NCBI RefSeq assembly: GCF_001194135.2
Contig: NC_068989.1
Location: 14,558,062 to 14,622,061 of the forward strand
Length of the DNA stretch: 64,000 nucleotides
Direction of reading: 5' to 3'
Origin: Octopus bimaculoides
Taxonomy: Eukaryota
The position numbers and the translations under genes were made by a program. The notes beneath the pieces were generated by a model. It had not been told where the DNA came from. It saw only the letters and a program-made list of their open reading frames with translations, and ran no database searches. Positions 13,290 to 27,337 of this stretch are shown piece after piece (the first letter of the stretch is position 1; every line of letters begins with the position of its first letter).

Positions 13290-14189
13290 AGTGTTGTTAG
13301 TAAGCCAGTAGTGAAGAAAACAGTCGCAGTAAACCAGAAGTGAACTAACTAAACCTTAACAGTAAACTAGAAATCATAAACAGCACTGGTGACCCAGTAT
13401 TGAACTAAAATGACTATATTAAGCTAAACCAGCTGCAGTAAAAACATTAATTTGATTCAATAATGTCTTCAAGATGGTGTCTCTGTTATTTGTATCTGTC
13501 AACATTATGTCCCCAAAAATATATTCAATTAGAACATTTTTATCCACTTAGCACAGATTTGTAATTTTGCAGCGACCATATTAACTTTGGGTGGGTAGGT
13601 GAGTGGAAGGCTTTCAGGATACTGTTGTTTGTTCTTCTTGTTGTTATTACTGTCGGTGGTTGAGTGCTGCGTGTCTACTCCTTGGTCTTATACTGTAATC
13701 ATTCATTCTGTTTATTGTACAACTAAACAGCGATGCTCCGACAATTGTATGGCAATAATTTTCATCAAAATAGTTATCTACGAACTTCTTTTCTTTTTGC
13801 TTTCTGTTTATCTCACCTCTGCCTATCTACCTATTTACCTGCCTCACCTTCTCCATCTGGTTCTCTCTCCCTATATATATATCTACTCCCTCCCCTTCTT
13901 TTCCCTCTGCTACTCTTTCTCTTCACACAACCTTGGTCACGTGTGTGCGGCTGCTATTTCTTTTCGTTCTTGGAATCACCAAGCTCGCACGTACTTCTTT
14001 GCCCCTCCTGTACGTGCTTCACAGGGTTCGAGACATACACACTTCGCGTCTGGCTGTACAGCCTTTTGTTTGTTTATTTCACCGTTTCGTTTTCCTGTCT
14101 TGTTTTCCGTCCGCCACTACCCTCCACGAAAACAATTTAATTTGTGTTCGTGGGAAGAACCATTTTAATGATGCGTACTGCCTTAATTC

Positions 14190-14387
14190 TTCAAAACGCC
14201 AGAGTTTTAATGGTGGCAGCTGATGAAGGGGTTGTTTCTATGTGGCCTGCTTGTTTGTTGCACCTTGTTTACCATTTTGTCCATGTTCTTTTGCCACGTC
14301 ATGTACCCAGTTATGTATCTATATGTACATGTAGATGAACGTATATACATACACGTACATATATATGCATATACTCATATATTGTTT
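14190..14387 (+). repeat. Unclassified dispersed repeat; inverted second copy at about 56700-56900
   Basis: GTTTTAATGGTGGCAGCTGATGAAGG...CTATGTGGCCTGC...CATGTACCCAG.TATGTATCTATATGTACATGTAGATGAA occurs in both copies. Confidence 0.75.
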
Positions 14388-14569
14388 NNNNNNNNNNNNN
14401 NNNNNNNNNNNNNNNNNNNNNNNNNNNNNNNNNNNNNNNNNNNNNNNNNNNNNNNNNNNNNNNNNNNNNNNNNNNNNNNNNNNNNNNNNNNNNNNNNNNN
14501 NNNNNNNNNNNNNNNNNNNNNNNNNNNNNNNNNNNNNNNNNNNNNNNNNNNNNNNNNNNNNNNNNNNNN

Positions 14570-14615
<46 letters not shown>

Positions 14616-15026
14616 GCATGCCTACTCTTCTTTCCACTTTTCCTAGGCATTTTCCTTTTTGTTATTGCTATTTTTAATGTTCAACTGTTCAAGTTTCAAT
14701 ATTCAATTTGACTATATATATATACATATATATCAAACACAAATTAAAAACAGAACTGTTTGATATATTCTCTCACTTCTGCCACTATCTGGCATGTACA
14801 AGTATACCCTCTAAATTTACAGTACCTATATATATATATATTACAGAGGTGTACTTGCATAGCAAGTGACCTGATCTGAGATCATGTGTTGGAACGGAAA
14901 CAATTGCAGCGTGGGAGGTGTTTATAAACCATTTAAGAAACACTAAAAAAACCATTAGATTCACTTCAACGTTTAAATCTAATTTGCCAAAATATTTTTG
15001 TTGCTTTGAGACCATGACAAAATTCC

Positions 15027-15071
<45 letters not shown>

Positions 15072-15289
15072 TGAGTTGACAAATGAAAGAAGGGCACTCA
15101 ACATATTTATTGGGAATTACGTATATGGATCAAAACAGTTTCATTCAAACTGCAACACGCTTGAAACTCAGAGTACCAAGGAGTTTGAATCAAACTGTTT
15201 TGACCCATATATATAAACTAAACTTCTACATTTGTGTATATATATGTGTGTGTATGTGTATGTATGTATGTGTACATACAGAGAGAGAG

Positions 15290-15685
15290 AAAGCTGTGGT
15301 TGTGTGGTTGAGAAGCTAGCATCCCAACTGTGGAGTCTTGGGTTCAGTTTCAATGCACAGCACTTTGGACATGTGTCTTCTACAATAGTCCTGAGCTGAC
15401 CAAAGGCTACTGAGTGGATTTGGTTGATGAAAGCTGAAGGAAGCCTGTTGCATATACACGTGTGTGTGTGTGTGTGTGTGACTATGTATACCCTTGTCTA
15501 GATATGATTGTTGAAAATGAGCATCACCATCATCATACAAGCAAGCCTATTCATTTCCCGTCTTCCGTGCAAAAACATTGCCTTGCTTGGAAGCAGGTAA
15601 GGGCTGGCAACAGGAGGGGGACCCTGCCTTAGAAACCTAAATATGCCTCAACAAACTCAGTCTGATCCATGAAAGCATGTAACAG
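15290..15685 (+). mobile_element. SINE family A variant with alternative tail
   Basis: Family A head and core followed by GAGCATCACC.TCAT...GGGCTGGCAACAGGAGGG...; similar variants at 3363-3615 and 30700-31090. Head-only relics at about 9322-9485 (-) and 18340-18497 (-). Confidence 0.65.
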
Positions 15686-15842
15686 TATACATACTACTAC
15701 ATATTTTTAGCTATCCTCCCCTTCCTGTCCTTTATAATTCATTAAGGAGACATGAGAGTTAAACTTTGATAAGGCTTGCCCTTTCAATGAAGTATGTTAT
15801 TGATTTAAGATATTGTACCTGCACATATGTATATGCATATAG

Positions 15843-15895
<53 letters not shown>

Positions 15896-16639
15896 TATTC
15901 ACACTTGTGTTATTTTGTATGTAGTCTTGTATTCATGTATGCATGTGTATATCAGCGTATATATTGTTTTGTGTAATGGAGGAGGTGGTATTTTTAGTTC
16001 AATTTTGTGTATATTCATATATGCATTGATTTGTGTATATCAATGTATACACACCTATTGTATTAATATACGAGTTCGTGTGTGTGTGTTTGTGTATGTG
16101 TGCCTACACTCTGAACAGTGGTGGAGTGACTCTTTGAAGACCAATCCAACTGAGATGTATTCATATCCCATTTCTTTCCTGCTTAACAATAATGATAATA
16201 ATAATAATAATAGGTGCTTCCACCAACTTGACATTTCTAGTGAACCATGATCTGTGGCATCTTTGGCACGATGCCGCTGGAATTGAACTGTAAATGTCAC
16301 AGATCATTGCTTTGCTGGATTTTGTCTAATATAATTTAATTTCCTATATAGTTTGGTGTTTTTCCGACTGTCTTCTGTAGGTCATATATTCCATCACATC
16401 TTAGAGACGCTAGAATTAGCAGACCCCCAACTGACCGCCACGGGCTGTGAAGTATTTTGTAGTTGACTAATTGATAATGTAAAAGGACTTCAGAAACACT
16501 GATATTGGTAAAAATCAGTTATATAAAGTTAAATTTAAGAAGAAAAAGAAAATGTAAGAATGAAAAGCTAATGTGCCATTTTGATAAGAGAATTCTAGTG
16601 TTTTGCAAAGGGTTTCCCTCACAACACACTAACATTATC

Positions 16640-16839
16640 TCCTTTACTCCTTTACTTGTTTCAGTCACTTGACTGCGGCCATGCTGGAGCACCGCCTTTA
16701 GTCGAGCAAATCGACCCCAGGACTTACTCTTTGTAAGCCTAGTACTTATTCTATCGGTCTATTTTGCCAAACCGCTAAGTTACGGGGACGTAAACACACC
16801 AACATCGGTTGTCAAGCAAAGTTGGGGGGATAAACACAG

Positions 16840-16928
<89 letters not shown>

Positions 16929-17093
16929 TATATACATATATATACAACAGGCTTCTTTCAGTTTCCGTCTACCAAATCCACTCACAAGGCTTTGGTCAGC
17001 TCGAGGCTATAGTAGAAGACACTTGCCCAAGGTGCCACGCAGTGGGACTGAACCCAGAACCATGTGGTTGGTAAGCAACCTACTTACCACACA
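16640..17093 (-). mobile_element. SINE family A
   Basis: Reverse complement of 4656-5117. Confidence 0.85.
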
Positions 17094-17204
17094 TGGAGTG
17101 TAACTCAGAATATAAAGTGCACTCTCCCTAAGAGTACTGTTATTGAATATCCATCATCATCATCGTCACATTTGTTATTATTGAGTATTCACTATCATTA
17201 TTAA

Positions 17205-17425
17205 AGCGATGAGCTGACAGAATCGTTAGCATGCCAGACAAAATGTGTAGCAGCATTTCTTCCTGACTTACTTTTCGAGTTAAAATTCCACCAAGGTCTA
17301 CTTTGACTTACATCCTTTGAGCGTCATCTGGGCTATGAAAATAAATACTAGTTGAATACTGGTACTAATGTAATCAACTAGCCACCCCATTTCCAAAATT
17401 TCAAGCCTTATGGCTATAGTCGAAT
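17205..17425 (+). mobile_element. SINE family C
   Basis: GCGATGAGCTGACAGAATCGTTAGCATGCCAG...; further copies at 20075-20272 (-), 38283-38378 (-), 38826-39024 (+) and 49326-49500 (+). Confidence 0.75.
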
Positions 17426-17544
17426 TATTGAGTAAGTATTAGCCATCATTGCTTTAACATCTTTTTTATCCATGCATTATATTCATCTTTCCGTTCATGT
17501 TGGTATATCTGTAGAGGATTATTGTCAACCATCAGAACATCGAT

Positions 17545-17972
17545 AGTTACTGTTGAGACCTTGGAGTTTGCCCACCCGAACGAGCATGCATGATAAACTC
17601 CATATATGGGACAGAAATAACAGCAACACTACATGAGAACCTGACCAAAAAAAAGGTTGGGTTATGTGAAGGCAATTTCAAAAGATGCTATGCCAACCAG
17701 TTATCTTCTTTCTGGTATATGGACAGAAGTAAAGCCACTAAGCTTCGCTAGCCACATATGGGGCTTGAAGACTATCTCCATGCTACATATACTCAAGTGG
17801 AAAATAGAAAAAATCCATGCCATATGTTCAGAGATGTGAAAAATGTGAGTTATGCATAGCTGAATGATTGCATATCCTTTTTAAATGCAAGAATTCCACT
17901 ACACTATTTAATTCCAGATGAGAAATTCTCAGCAAATACAAACATGTGGACAAATTTCTTTTGGCAAATTGG
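17545..17972 (+). mobile_element. Degraded Penelope-like element ORF end (GIY-YIG endonuclease region)
   Basis: Across frameshifts and stops: YC*DLGVCPPERACMINSIYGTEITAT...KKKVGLCEGNFKRCYANQLSSF / ASHIWGLK...LKWKI / KCELCIAE*LHIL / LFNSR*EILSKYKHVDKFLLAN. This follows the Penelope pattern C.C....CP...IGL.E..FK.RY.NH...S.YIW.LK...KW.I...C.LC..EK..I...LLN.R.E...KC.H..KF.L. Confidence 0.85.
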
Positions 17973-18206
17973 AGTACACCACCCTCTCTGGATTAAGGAG
18001 TTGTACTGCAAACTTTACACCCCTTCTGTTGATTCTACACCAACTAATTTTATGGCTTTATCATCAAAAGGGGCATAATTCTAATTCTCTTCTTTTTCCG
18101 TTTCTTTCACCTTTCCACATTTTGCATCCACTTTCATCTTGCTCTTTTCTCATGATTTCTTTTGTTCTATTGTCCTAATTTGCTACTTGTATAGACCATG
18201 TGCTCA

Positions 18207-18291
18207 GAGTTTGAAGATTGCTTGGAGACTCTAGGCTTGTCATTAAAACCTGCCTAGAAATCTCTCCAGTGTATGAAACTATTAGTAGCTC
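18207..18291 (+). ncRNA. Degenerate hammerhead motif with long stem II, 3' of the Penelope relic
   Basis: GAGT / TTGAAGA (C3>U) / stem II with TGGAGA:TCTCCA and TCTAGGC:GCCTAGA / GAAAC TATTA GTA / GCTC. Confidence 0.55.
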
Positions 18292-19556
18292 ATAATTATA
18301 TACTGTGTACATTAAACAATATATATATATATATATATATATATGACAGACTTCTGCATAGGCTCTGCCTACCAGATTCCACTGATAACGATTTGGTCAA
18401 CCTGTGGTTCTAGTAGAAGACACTTGCCCATGGAAGTACTTAGTAGAATTGAACTCAGAATAATGTAGTTAAGAAGCAAGCTTCTTAACCGCACAGTTCT
18501 TGGCTTCTTTTCGCATCCTCAGAGGGCAGTGAGATCCCAGAAGATATTTAGTTTCAGTTAATGGTTTTGGGATTATGTGACTGTATCCTTTCTTCCAAAG
18601 TGATCCAAAAGCACTTATTCACCAGCTAAAGAAAGAACTTCGTTATATTTTGCATTCCTCGTTGTATAATTTTAAAAAGACTGGTTCACCATGGGATGCT
18701 TCTTTTACCTTTCAAACACTATTTTTGGTTTATTAAAAATGGTAAACTAGAAACTTCTCACCCTTTTACATCTTCCCTTTCTCCCTCCTCTCACACACAC
18801 ACACACGCAGTTTCTCTCTTTTTCTGTTCCATATTATTTTTCCATTCATTCTGTAACACTTCTACAATTTTTTCCTTTTTCATTCTCCATCTACTTCTCT
18901 CCACCACCACCACCACCACCACCACCACTGCACTTATCCTCATCCTCAACCCCAACCCATTTCTGTTTTTTTCCTCCTCTTCCTCCCATATCTCTCTCTC
19001 TTTCTTTACTCAGACACTTACCAGACACAACATGGACTATCACTCATGTTGTTCCATCACCATTATTTTTATTTTTTCACTACTCCATCACTGCTACCAA
19101 CTTCTATCTACTTCACATGTATACACCAGGCACAAGTACAGCTTCTTTAGCCACACACTTCCAAACACACACGTATATATAGAAAGTTTATCTACTTTAG
19201 GTTACATGTATATCCCTTCTTTGTTCTTATACACATGTGCAATGGCATAAGGGTTGCAGATAAAATGCGTTTGTATGTTTGTGCATGTATAGTGGGTATA
19301 TATATATCGCGATTGAGGCCCCCATGTAATCTTAGATTTATTGCTGTAGTTCTTTGTTTTATCTCCAGCGTGTTTTTATCTTTATACAAAAATTAAACTT
19401 ACTGATTAAATCCTCATTTTACATCTCACTAGCAGCTTTTTTTTTTCTGAGATTATGATGAATAGGTATGCAGCCAGAGATTGTATTAACACACACACAC
19501 ACACATACACACATACACATACACACACACACACATACACACACACACACACACAC

Positions 19557-19770
19557 ATTACTTAGTGGTTAGGGTGTTGGACTCATGGTTGTAAGATTGT
19601 AGTTTCAATTCCTGGACCAGGCAATGCGTTGTGTTCTTAAGCAAAACACTTCGTTTCACATTGCTCCAGTCCACTCAGCTGGTAAACATGGATAATGTTG
19701 CAAAAGACCAGTATCCTATCCAGGAAGAAATATATATACCAAAGAAACCAGGGAACTGGCCCGGTCTTTT
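19557..19770 (+). mobile_element. SINE family D-type copy
   Basis: CTTAGTGGTTAGGG...TTCAATTCC...GCTCCAGTCCACTCAGCTGG. Confidence 0.75.
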
Positions 19771-21671
19771 TCCCTGTTGGCATAGGTTAGACAACTATTA
19801 TTAAAATGGTATTCTGTGACAGAAACCCAACTCTCTTACCAATTCTTCTTTCTCAAGAAAGGTATTTTTATTCCACTGTTCTTCACACATAGAGTAAAAG
19901 TATTGGATGTTCTGTCTACAAGAGATATTAACACTCTCGCCATTTTTCGCTCATACGGTTACAATGTGAAGGCACATGGAAGTGCACAAATGCACACACA
20001 CACACACACACTCTGCAACCTTGTTCTTACTCATGCCAATACCACTCGTATACCATGTATAGTCCTTTCTACTGTAGGAACAAGGCCTGAAATTTTGGGG
20101 GAAGGGGGCTAGTCGATTACATCAATCCCCTTGCTCAATGGTACTTTTTTTTTATCAACCCTGAAAGTATGAAAGGTAGAGTCGACCTCAGTAGAATTTG
20201 AACTCAAAACAAAAAAGACAGATGAAATACTGCTAAGCATTTTGCCTGGCATGCTAATGATTCTGGCAGCTCACCACCCTTTTCATATACATGCATGCAC
20301 CCTGACATACCCATATATTCCAGGTAGCATGCATCTCCTCTGCCGCCACCACTGCTATATGCATGATCACATTCCACAAACTGTGTGCTTTCTAGAGAAA
20401 GTCATGAATGTTACAACTTCTTGTTTCATATTTCCTTGGGTCTAAATGTTTATCTCCATTTAGGGATTTGTTGGGTCCCTTTTATTTTACACACAGTCTA
20501 AGGGTCTGGTCTTCCAGCTTACTTGGGTACTTCACTGGTGTTGGTACAATGTAAAAAGCCACCCAGTAGATTCTGCAAAATGGTTGGCATTAGGAAGGGC
20601 ATCCAGCCATAGAAACCACCCCAAAGCTGACATTAAAGCTTAACATACTTCTCTGGCTTACCAGCTCTCTCCTTGTTAAGAATAGTAAGCTCTGACAAAG
20701 CAAAATTTAAAAGATGTAGCAGAACTATTTAACATCATAAACTCTACCCCCATTATCATCATCATCATCATCAACTTTTGTTTTATCAATGCCATCATTC
20801 TTTACAATTCTTTATAAAACTGTATAATTCAATCCATATCCCGCAACCAAAGAATGCGCCCCAAACTATGCCAAACAGTCATGGGAAGAATTTTGAGAGT
20901 GTTCGTTGCAATTCTTCATTCTCTGACATGCTGCCCTACCATTCTAGCCACGATAACATCTAGTATCACACACACACACACATACACACGTGTATGTATG
21001 TATCTAACTTACCCCATAGCTCCAGGCATCTCCAGCATTAAATACTTGGTTTACACGTCACCTGTCATCTCATATGTTACGTACTCTGTTATAAATCTCA
21101 GGCCCTCTCATCTATTATGTACCTAATTAATACAGACATTGCCGCTCATATTTTCACATTTATCTTCTATCATAATATAACAAAGGTTGTTTACTGTGGG
21201 TTTTCTTTTTACTTACTTATATATATTGTGTGGTTTTAGGTTCAACCCCACTGCATGGCACCATGGATAAGTTTCTTCTAGGGTCAGTAAAAGCCTTGTG
21301 AGTGAAACTTGGTGGATTGTAATTGTTTTCTGAGCTTTCGCTGGTTGACCTAATCATTCAATAATTTTCCTCTACAAGTTGGTCCTTCTGTGCTTTTTAA
21401 CAAACATTGAGGCCAGTTCTGATGACAGCATTTTCTCTTGATCTGACCAGCCTTGGAGGCACTGAGAGAATGCAATGGCACAACCGCACTGCAATGTATT
21501 TTGTATGTGTCTAATGTTTGACTAAATTGGTCAAAAAATTCAGTTTGTGAATTATGAGGTTTGATTCAGTTGTAATGCATTTGTGCATAGATGGGGGAGG
21601 GCGTGTTTGTGTGTGTGACCTACACATACCTCAAGTCCCCTTTGGAACTGGAGTCACATTTATAGCTTAAT

Positions 21672-21950
21672 ATCATCATTGTTTAACATCCGCTTTCCAT
21701 GCTGGCATGGGTTGGACGGTTAGACTGAGGACTGGCGAGCCAGGAGGCTGCATCAGACTCTAATCTGATCTGGCAAGGGTTTCTACAGCTAGATTCCCTT
21801 CCTAATGCCAGCCACTCCAAGAGTGTAGTGGGAGCTTTTTACATGCCACCAGCACGAGGGCCAGTCAGGCAGCACTAGCATCGACCACGCCCGAATGATG
21901 CTTTTTACATGCCAGTCAGGTAGCTCTGGTATCAACCATGCTCAGTATTG
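21672..21950 (-). mobile_element. Family B repeat
   Basis: Reverse copy. Confidence 0.75.
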
Positions 21951-23454
21951 CTGTACCCTTTAACATTTAAAATGGTCAGATCTGACTTCTCACTCTTACC
22001 CTATAATGTCATTATAAAAATAAACAAAGTCTTGAAGCTATAAGGTAATGCATGACTAATTCAAAACACCGTGAATGAATAAGCAATACAATTGACAGAA
22101 TAATCTGATTGCTAAGGGGTTAAGATGCATTTTAGGAATAAAAGAAATCTAAATTAAGGTCAGATAAATGGATATGTAAGTAAACAGATAGATAGGTACA
22201 TAGGTAATACGGACAGACAAGCACATACATGCACAAATGAAGATTGAAACGCATAACCATAGAGACATGTGCACACTTCACACATGCACGCATATGGAGA
22301 CACACATCCATACATAAAACACACGTAGATAGTCGCACAAACCCATACACATAGACACACTCAAACATGCACACACAAGGAGACTGAGGTACACACACAA
22401 AGAAACACACAAACACATGAATGTGCAGAATATATACACATATACAAACGTGCACACATGCATACATATATATCCATACACACACAAACACATAGATGCA
22501 TACACACATGTGTAAACAGATACACATTGATGCACTCACATGCACGCAAACAAACAAAAAGGAACGCAGCTCTGATAACTAACAGAGTCGATGACTATTG
22601 AAAAGGTTGCAAGACGCAACGAAAATTTTAGGAAAAATAAATATGTAAATGAGTGGAAACTGAACCAGTGGGTGTGTCAAATGATAAGGCACTAAAAGAG
22701 AATGACTCTCCCCAGACACAATAATATATAAAAGTAAATGACTTAAAAATAAAAAAAATTCTACAAAATATTTTTGCATTTAGCGTTCCACACTTTCCCC
22801 GTTACTTAAAGGGTTGTCTTTAATGTAAAATATAAAAATATAGATGCAGATTTAGATGGAGAAGTTAGTGTGACATACAGGCAGACAGATACCCGGATAA
22901 AAAAATATATATTTCCTGTTTAATTGTCTTCTGCACTTATAAGATTGTCTTTTCACTGTTTGCAGCTGCAACTGTATGCACTTAATCTGTTAATTATAAG
23001 AAGTAGGTCTGGATTACTGACAAGAATGAAAGTAGACATTTGTCGTTACACACCAAGCAGTCATATAATGTTCGTTTGCTTTTTTTTTTGTTTTTTTCTT
23101 TTGCCCCTCCAGCCTCGCCTCTACTGCATCATTTCTGAAAATAGATGCAGTCTTGGCTTTTGTTCTTATATCTCGTGTGTGTGTGTGTATGTTTGCTTTC
23201 TTTTAATAATTTTAACTTTTGGGAGATTATATAAATATATACTCTTTTATTTTTATGTGAAGCTAATTAACATAAATTAGGGCATTTGTAATTAAGCTAA
23301 ATATTTATATATATATGTAATTAAATTTTAATTATTTTTCAAGGTCTAACTGTTTTAAGATTGAACATAAATAATTCATCCAATTTAAGCTATTACATTG
23401 ACCTTTTCATATACATGCACAAACACATCCACACATGATTCATGCATGTGTGTG

Positions 23455-23502
<48 letters not shown>

Positions 23503-23585
23503 TACATACGTACATACATACATGCACGCACACACATATACACATGCATATTTTCTATACATCATTATGTACAAATATATTTATA

Positions 23586-23740
23586 GATGCAGGCATCGCT
23601 GTGTGATTGCTTCCCTACCACATGGTTCTGGGTTCAGTCCCACTGCTTGGTACTTTGGGCAAGTGTCTTCTACTATAACCCCAAGCCGATAAATGCCTTG
23701 TGGGTGAATTTGATACATAGAAAGTGTGTGGAATCCTTTC

Positions 23741-23791
<51 letters not shown>

Positions 23792-24005
23792 TGTATGCAT
23801 TAAGGTTTGCCCTCCTCCCCATCACTTGACAACTAGTACTGGTTTGTATACATGACTTAGCAGTTTGGCCAAAGTGATCGACAGAATAAGTACCAGACTT
23901 AAAAAATAAGTACTGGGGTTCATTTCTTTGATTAAACCCTCCAAAGCAGTGCCCCAGCATAGTTTACAATCCAATGAGTGAAATATGTAAAAGATAGAAA
24001 AGATA
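23586..24005 (+). mobile_element. SINE family A (diverged)
   Basis: Head, core and tail recognisable. Confidence 0.75.
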
Positions 24006-24011
24006 CACACA

Positions 24012-24089
<78 letters not shown>

Positions 24090-24167
24090 AGCCACAAACA
24101 AACATTCACATCGTCATCATGCTCATTATCATTTTATATCTGCTTTCCATATTGGCACAAGTTAGAT

Positions 24168-24389
24168 CAGTGGTTCTCAACTGGAGTCCATATAAGGCTT
24201 TGTTGCTAAAGTGTATACTTCTACAATGCACAGAATTTTTTAACAATTTTGTTTTATACAATTCTTAATAATATTTAGTTAGAAAAATATAATGGGATTT
24301 TTTTTTAAACATCAAATGGCTATGAAGGTCCAATAGAATAAAACGGGACCCAAAAGGGTCCAATGGTTAAAAATGGTTGAGAACCAATG
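24168..24389 (+). mobile_element. hAT-like MITE
   Basis: TIRs CAGTGGTTCTCAAC / GTTGAGAACCAATG; 8-bp TSD AGTTAGAT / AGTTAGAG. Confidence 0.8.
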
Positions 24390-24850
24390 AGTTAGAGGGA
24401 TCATCACACTTCTTACTAGGTGCCACTTCTCATAAACAGGCTAGATTCATTTTTGACTTGGTTTCTATGGCTAGGTATATTCTCATCACTGACCACTTTT
24501 TACAGCTGGGTGCCCTTCCTGTCATCAACCACTACACACAAACATAGCAAGGGGATCTGAAAAGAGATATGGGTACTGCCATCCTTCTTGATGCTCTAGT
24601 ATTCGGAAAACTCTATGAAATATTATGCTTATTTATTTACATTGTTTTAAATTCATCATACATTATCTTGTAGCTTTGAGATTTCAAGATTGCGATTGTT
24701 TATTTCTAGAATGACATTTTAGGATAGATAGGATAGGTCAAATCCAACCAGCTTGAAGATAAAACAGTAGAATATTTCGAAGAGAAATGCCCAGTTTAAA
24801 TGTTAAATGGTTAAAGACAAAAAAAAAAAGGAAATTTTTTTTTTTTTTTT

Positions 24851-25047
24851 TACTTGTTTCAGTCATTTGACTGCGGCCATGCTGGAGCACCGCATTTAGT
24901 CAAGCAAATTGACCCCAGGACTTATTCTTTGGAAGCCTAGTACTTATTCTACTGGTCTCTTTTGCCGAACCGCTAAGTTACGGGGGACATAAACACACCA
25001 CCATCGGTTGTCAAGTGACATTGGGGGACAAACACAGACACACACAT

Positions 25048-25092
<45 letters not shown>

Positions 25093-25258
25093 TACAACGG
25101 GCTTCTTTCAGTTTCCGTCTACCAAATCCACTCACAAGGCTTTGGTCGGCCCGAGGGCATAGTAGAAGACACTTGCCCAAGGTGCCACGCAGTGGGACTG
25201 AACCCAGAACCAATGTGCTTGGTAAGCAAGCTACTTACCACACAGCCACTCCTGCGCC
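24851..25258 (-). mobile_element. SINE family A
   Basis: Near-complete reverse copy. Confidence 0.85.
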
Positions 25259-25391
25259 AGCAAAATTGGAATGGTTTTGGTTATATACCTCTGTTTGTTC
25301 ATATCAGACATACTTGAGACTAAATATAAACAACAGTAGCAACAACAACAACTATCACAAGAAGCTGAGTGAAATATTTGAACGTAAACTG

Positions 25392-25429
<38 letters not shown>

Positions 25430-26297
25430 TACATATATACATTGAAGAGTCTGATGTGCACAGCACTTGTTTCAACAACATGATTTAAGTGAAGTTGTGT
25501 TGAGCAAAATGGTTTAACACACTGGTTTAACATGACTGTCCCAACAAATTGTAAACTTGTTATTACCAGAATACAAATATCTGTTGCAGTTATAAGCCAA
25601 TAACAAGTGGATAAATATTTGATTTTCTACATGTTTTATACTTACTATGAGATAAGATTTGGCAGCTTAACTGAGCTTTTTTAGTAAAAAAAAAAATAAT
25701 AGTAATAATAATAAAGTTAAATAAAATAAACTCGCAGTTCTTTCTCTTGCTTTCCGATAACATCTTTTTCTTTCCCAAATCACAGCTGCTCGTCAGTCTC
25801 TAGGCTATGTGATAACATTTATATCTGATAATAAAATCTCTCATTTCAAATTTCGTGGTGTATATATCCCTACCACTATCAACAACAACCACAACAACAG
25901 CAGTAACAACAACAATTTTTGATCAGTACCAACCCCACATCCTCTCTACCACTCCTGGTAAAATCTTCTTTAAAACCATAACAAATCTTTTATTTTTGAT
26001 ACGAGCAAATATAAGTTAAGTTGGGGAGAGATTTACTAGGTGGTGACGGTGGTGGTGACAGTGATAGTGGTGGTGGCGGTGGTTGGTGTCTGGAATAAGA
26101 CCAATTACTTACTGTTTACAAATGTAAGAAGGTCTCTCTTGCTATCAGACCCCTTCTCTGGTTTCTTACTTTCAAGGGTTGTTAGCTGTCAATGGAGGAA
26201 AGATTTTGTTTTTAAATATTTAGAAAGTTAGTCAAGTAAAGAGCTTTGGCGCGCACACACACAAGAATAAAATGTTAATTTGATATAAAAAGTGTGT

Positions 26298-26368
<71 letters not shown>

Positions 26369-26871
26369 TATATACTCCCTGTGTGTAAACAGACACACAN
26401 NNNNNNNNNNNNNNNNNNNNNNNNNNNNNNNNNNNNNNNNNNNNNNNNNNNNNNNNNNNNNNNNNNNNNNNNNNNNNNNNNNNNNNNNNNNNNNNNNNNN
26501 NNNNNNNNNNNNNNNNNNNNNNNNNNNNNNNNNNNNNNNNNNNNNNNNNNNNNNNNNNNNNNNNNNNNNNNNNNNNNNNNNNNNNNNNNNNNNNNNNNNN
26601 NNNNNNNNNNNNNNNNNNNNNNNNNNNNNNNNNNNNNNNNNNNNNNNNNNNNNNNNNNNNNNNNNTTTTTTTTTTTTTTTTTGAGACTAAAATTGGTAAC
26701 CCTAGTGACATTTTGACCTTTTAAGGGATGAAGTTTCTAAGTTATGATCGTTTTGGGGCCCTTATAAGATATCTGAGCTGATTTACCAGCCAGCTGTTTT
26801 TATGCAAGAAAGAACAGGACTGATCTCTTATAAGTACTGTATTTGAAGGCATATAGGGGTTGCGTTGTTGT

Positions 26872-27337
26872 TGGCACTCCGTTGCTTACAATGTCAAGGG
26901 TTCCAGTTGATCCGATCAACGGAACAGCCTGCTCGTGAAATTAACGTGCAAGTGGCTGAGCACTCCACAGACACGTGTACCCTTAACGTAGTTCTCGGGG
27001 ATATTCAGCATGACACAGTGTGACAGGGCCGACCCTTTGAATTACAGGCACAACAGAAACNNNNNNNNNNTAACGTAGTTCTCGGGGATATTCAGCATGA
27101 CACAGTGTGACAGGGCCGACCCTTTGAATTACAGGCACAACAGAAACAGGAAGTAAGAGTGAGAGAAAGTTGTGGTGAAAGAGTACAGCAGGGTTCGCCA
27201 CCATCCCCTGCCGGAGCCTCGTGGAGCTTTAGGTATTTTCGCTCAATGAACACTCACAACGCCCGGTCTGGGAATCGAATGTGCGATCTTATGACCGCGA
27301 GTCTGCTGCCCTAACCGCTGGGCCATTGCGCCTCCAC
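26872..27337 (-). mobile_element. SINE family D variant
   Basis: Similar to 9899-10236; 10-N gap with about 75 bp duplicated on each side. Confidence 0.8.

Noticed and set aside
13599-14168. 189-aa ORF with a hydrophobic N-terminus (MSGRLSGYCCLFFLLLLLSVVECC...)
   Set aside because: It has a GTG start, T-rich low-complexity composition, runs into a dispersed repeat, and has no recognisable domain or suitable donor.
14195-14240. CTGATGAAGG with an upstream GAAAC-like motif (clearer in the inverted copy at about 56850-56895) as a permuted hammerhead
   Set aside because: The cleavage position would be GUG (H cannot be G), and no stem I can be formed.
21420-21480. CTGATGA followed by a 10-bp hairpin
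   Set aside because: No GAAA follows the stem.
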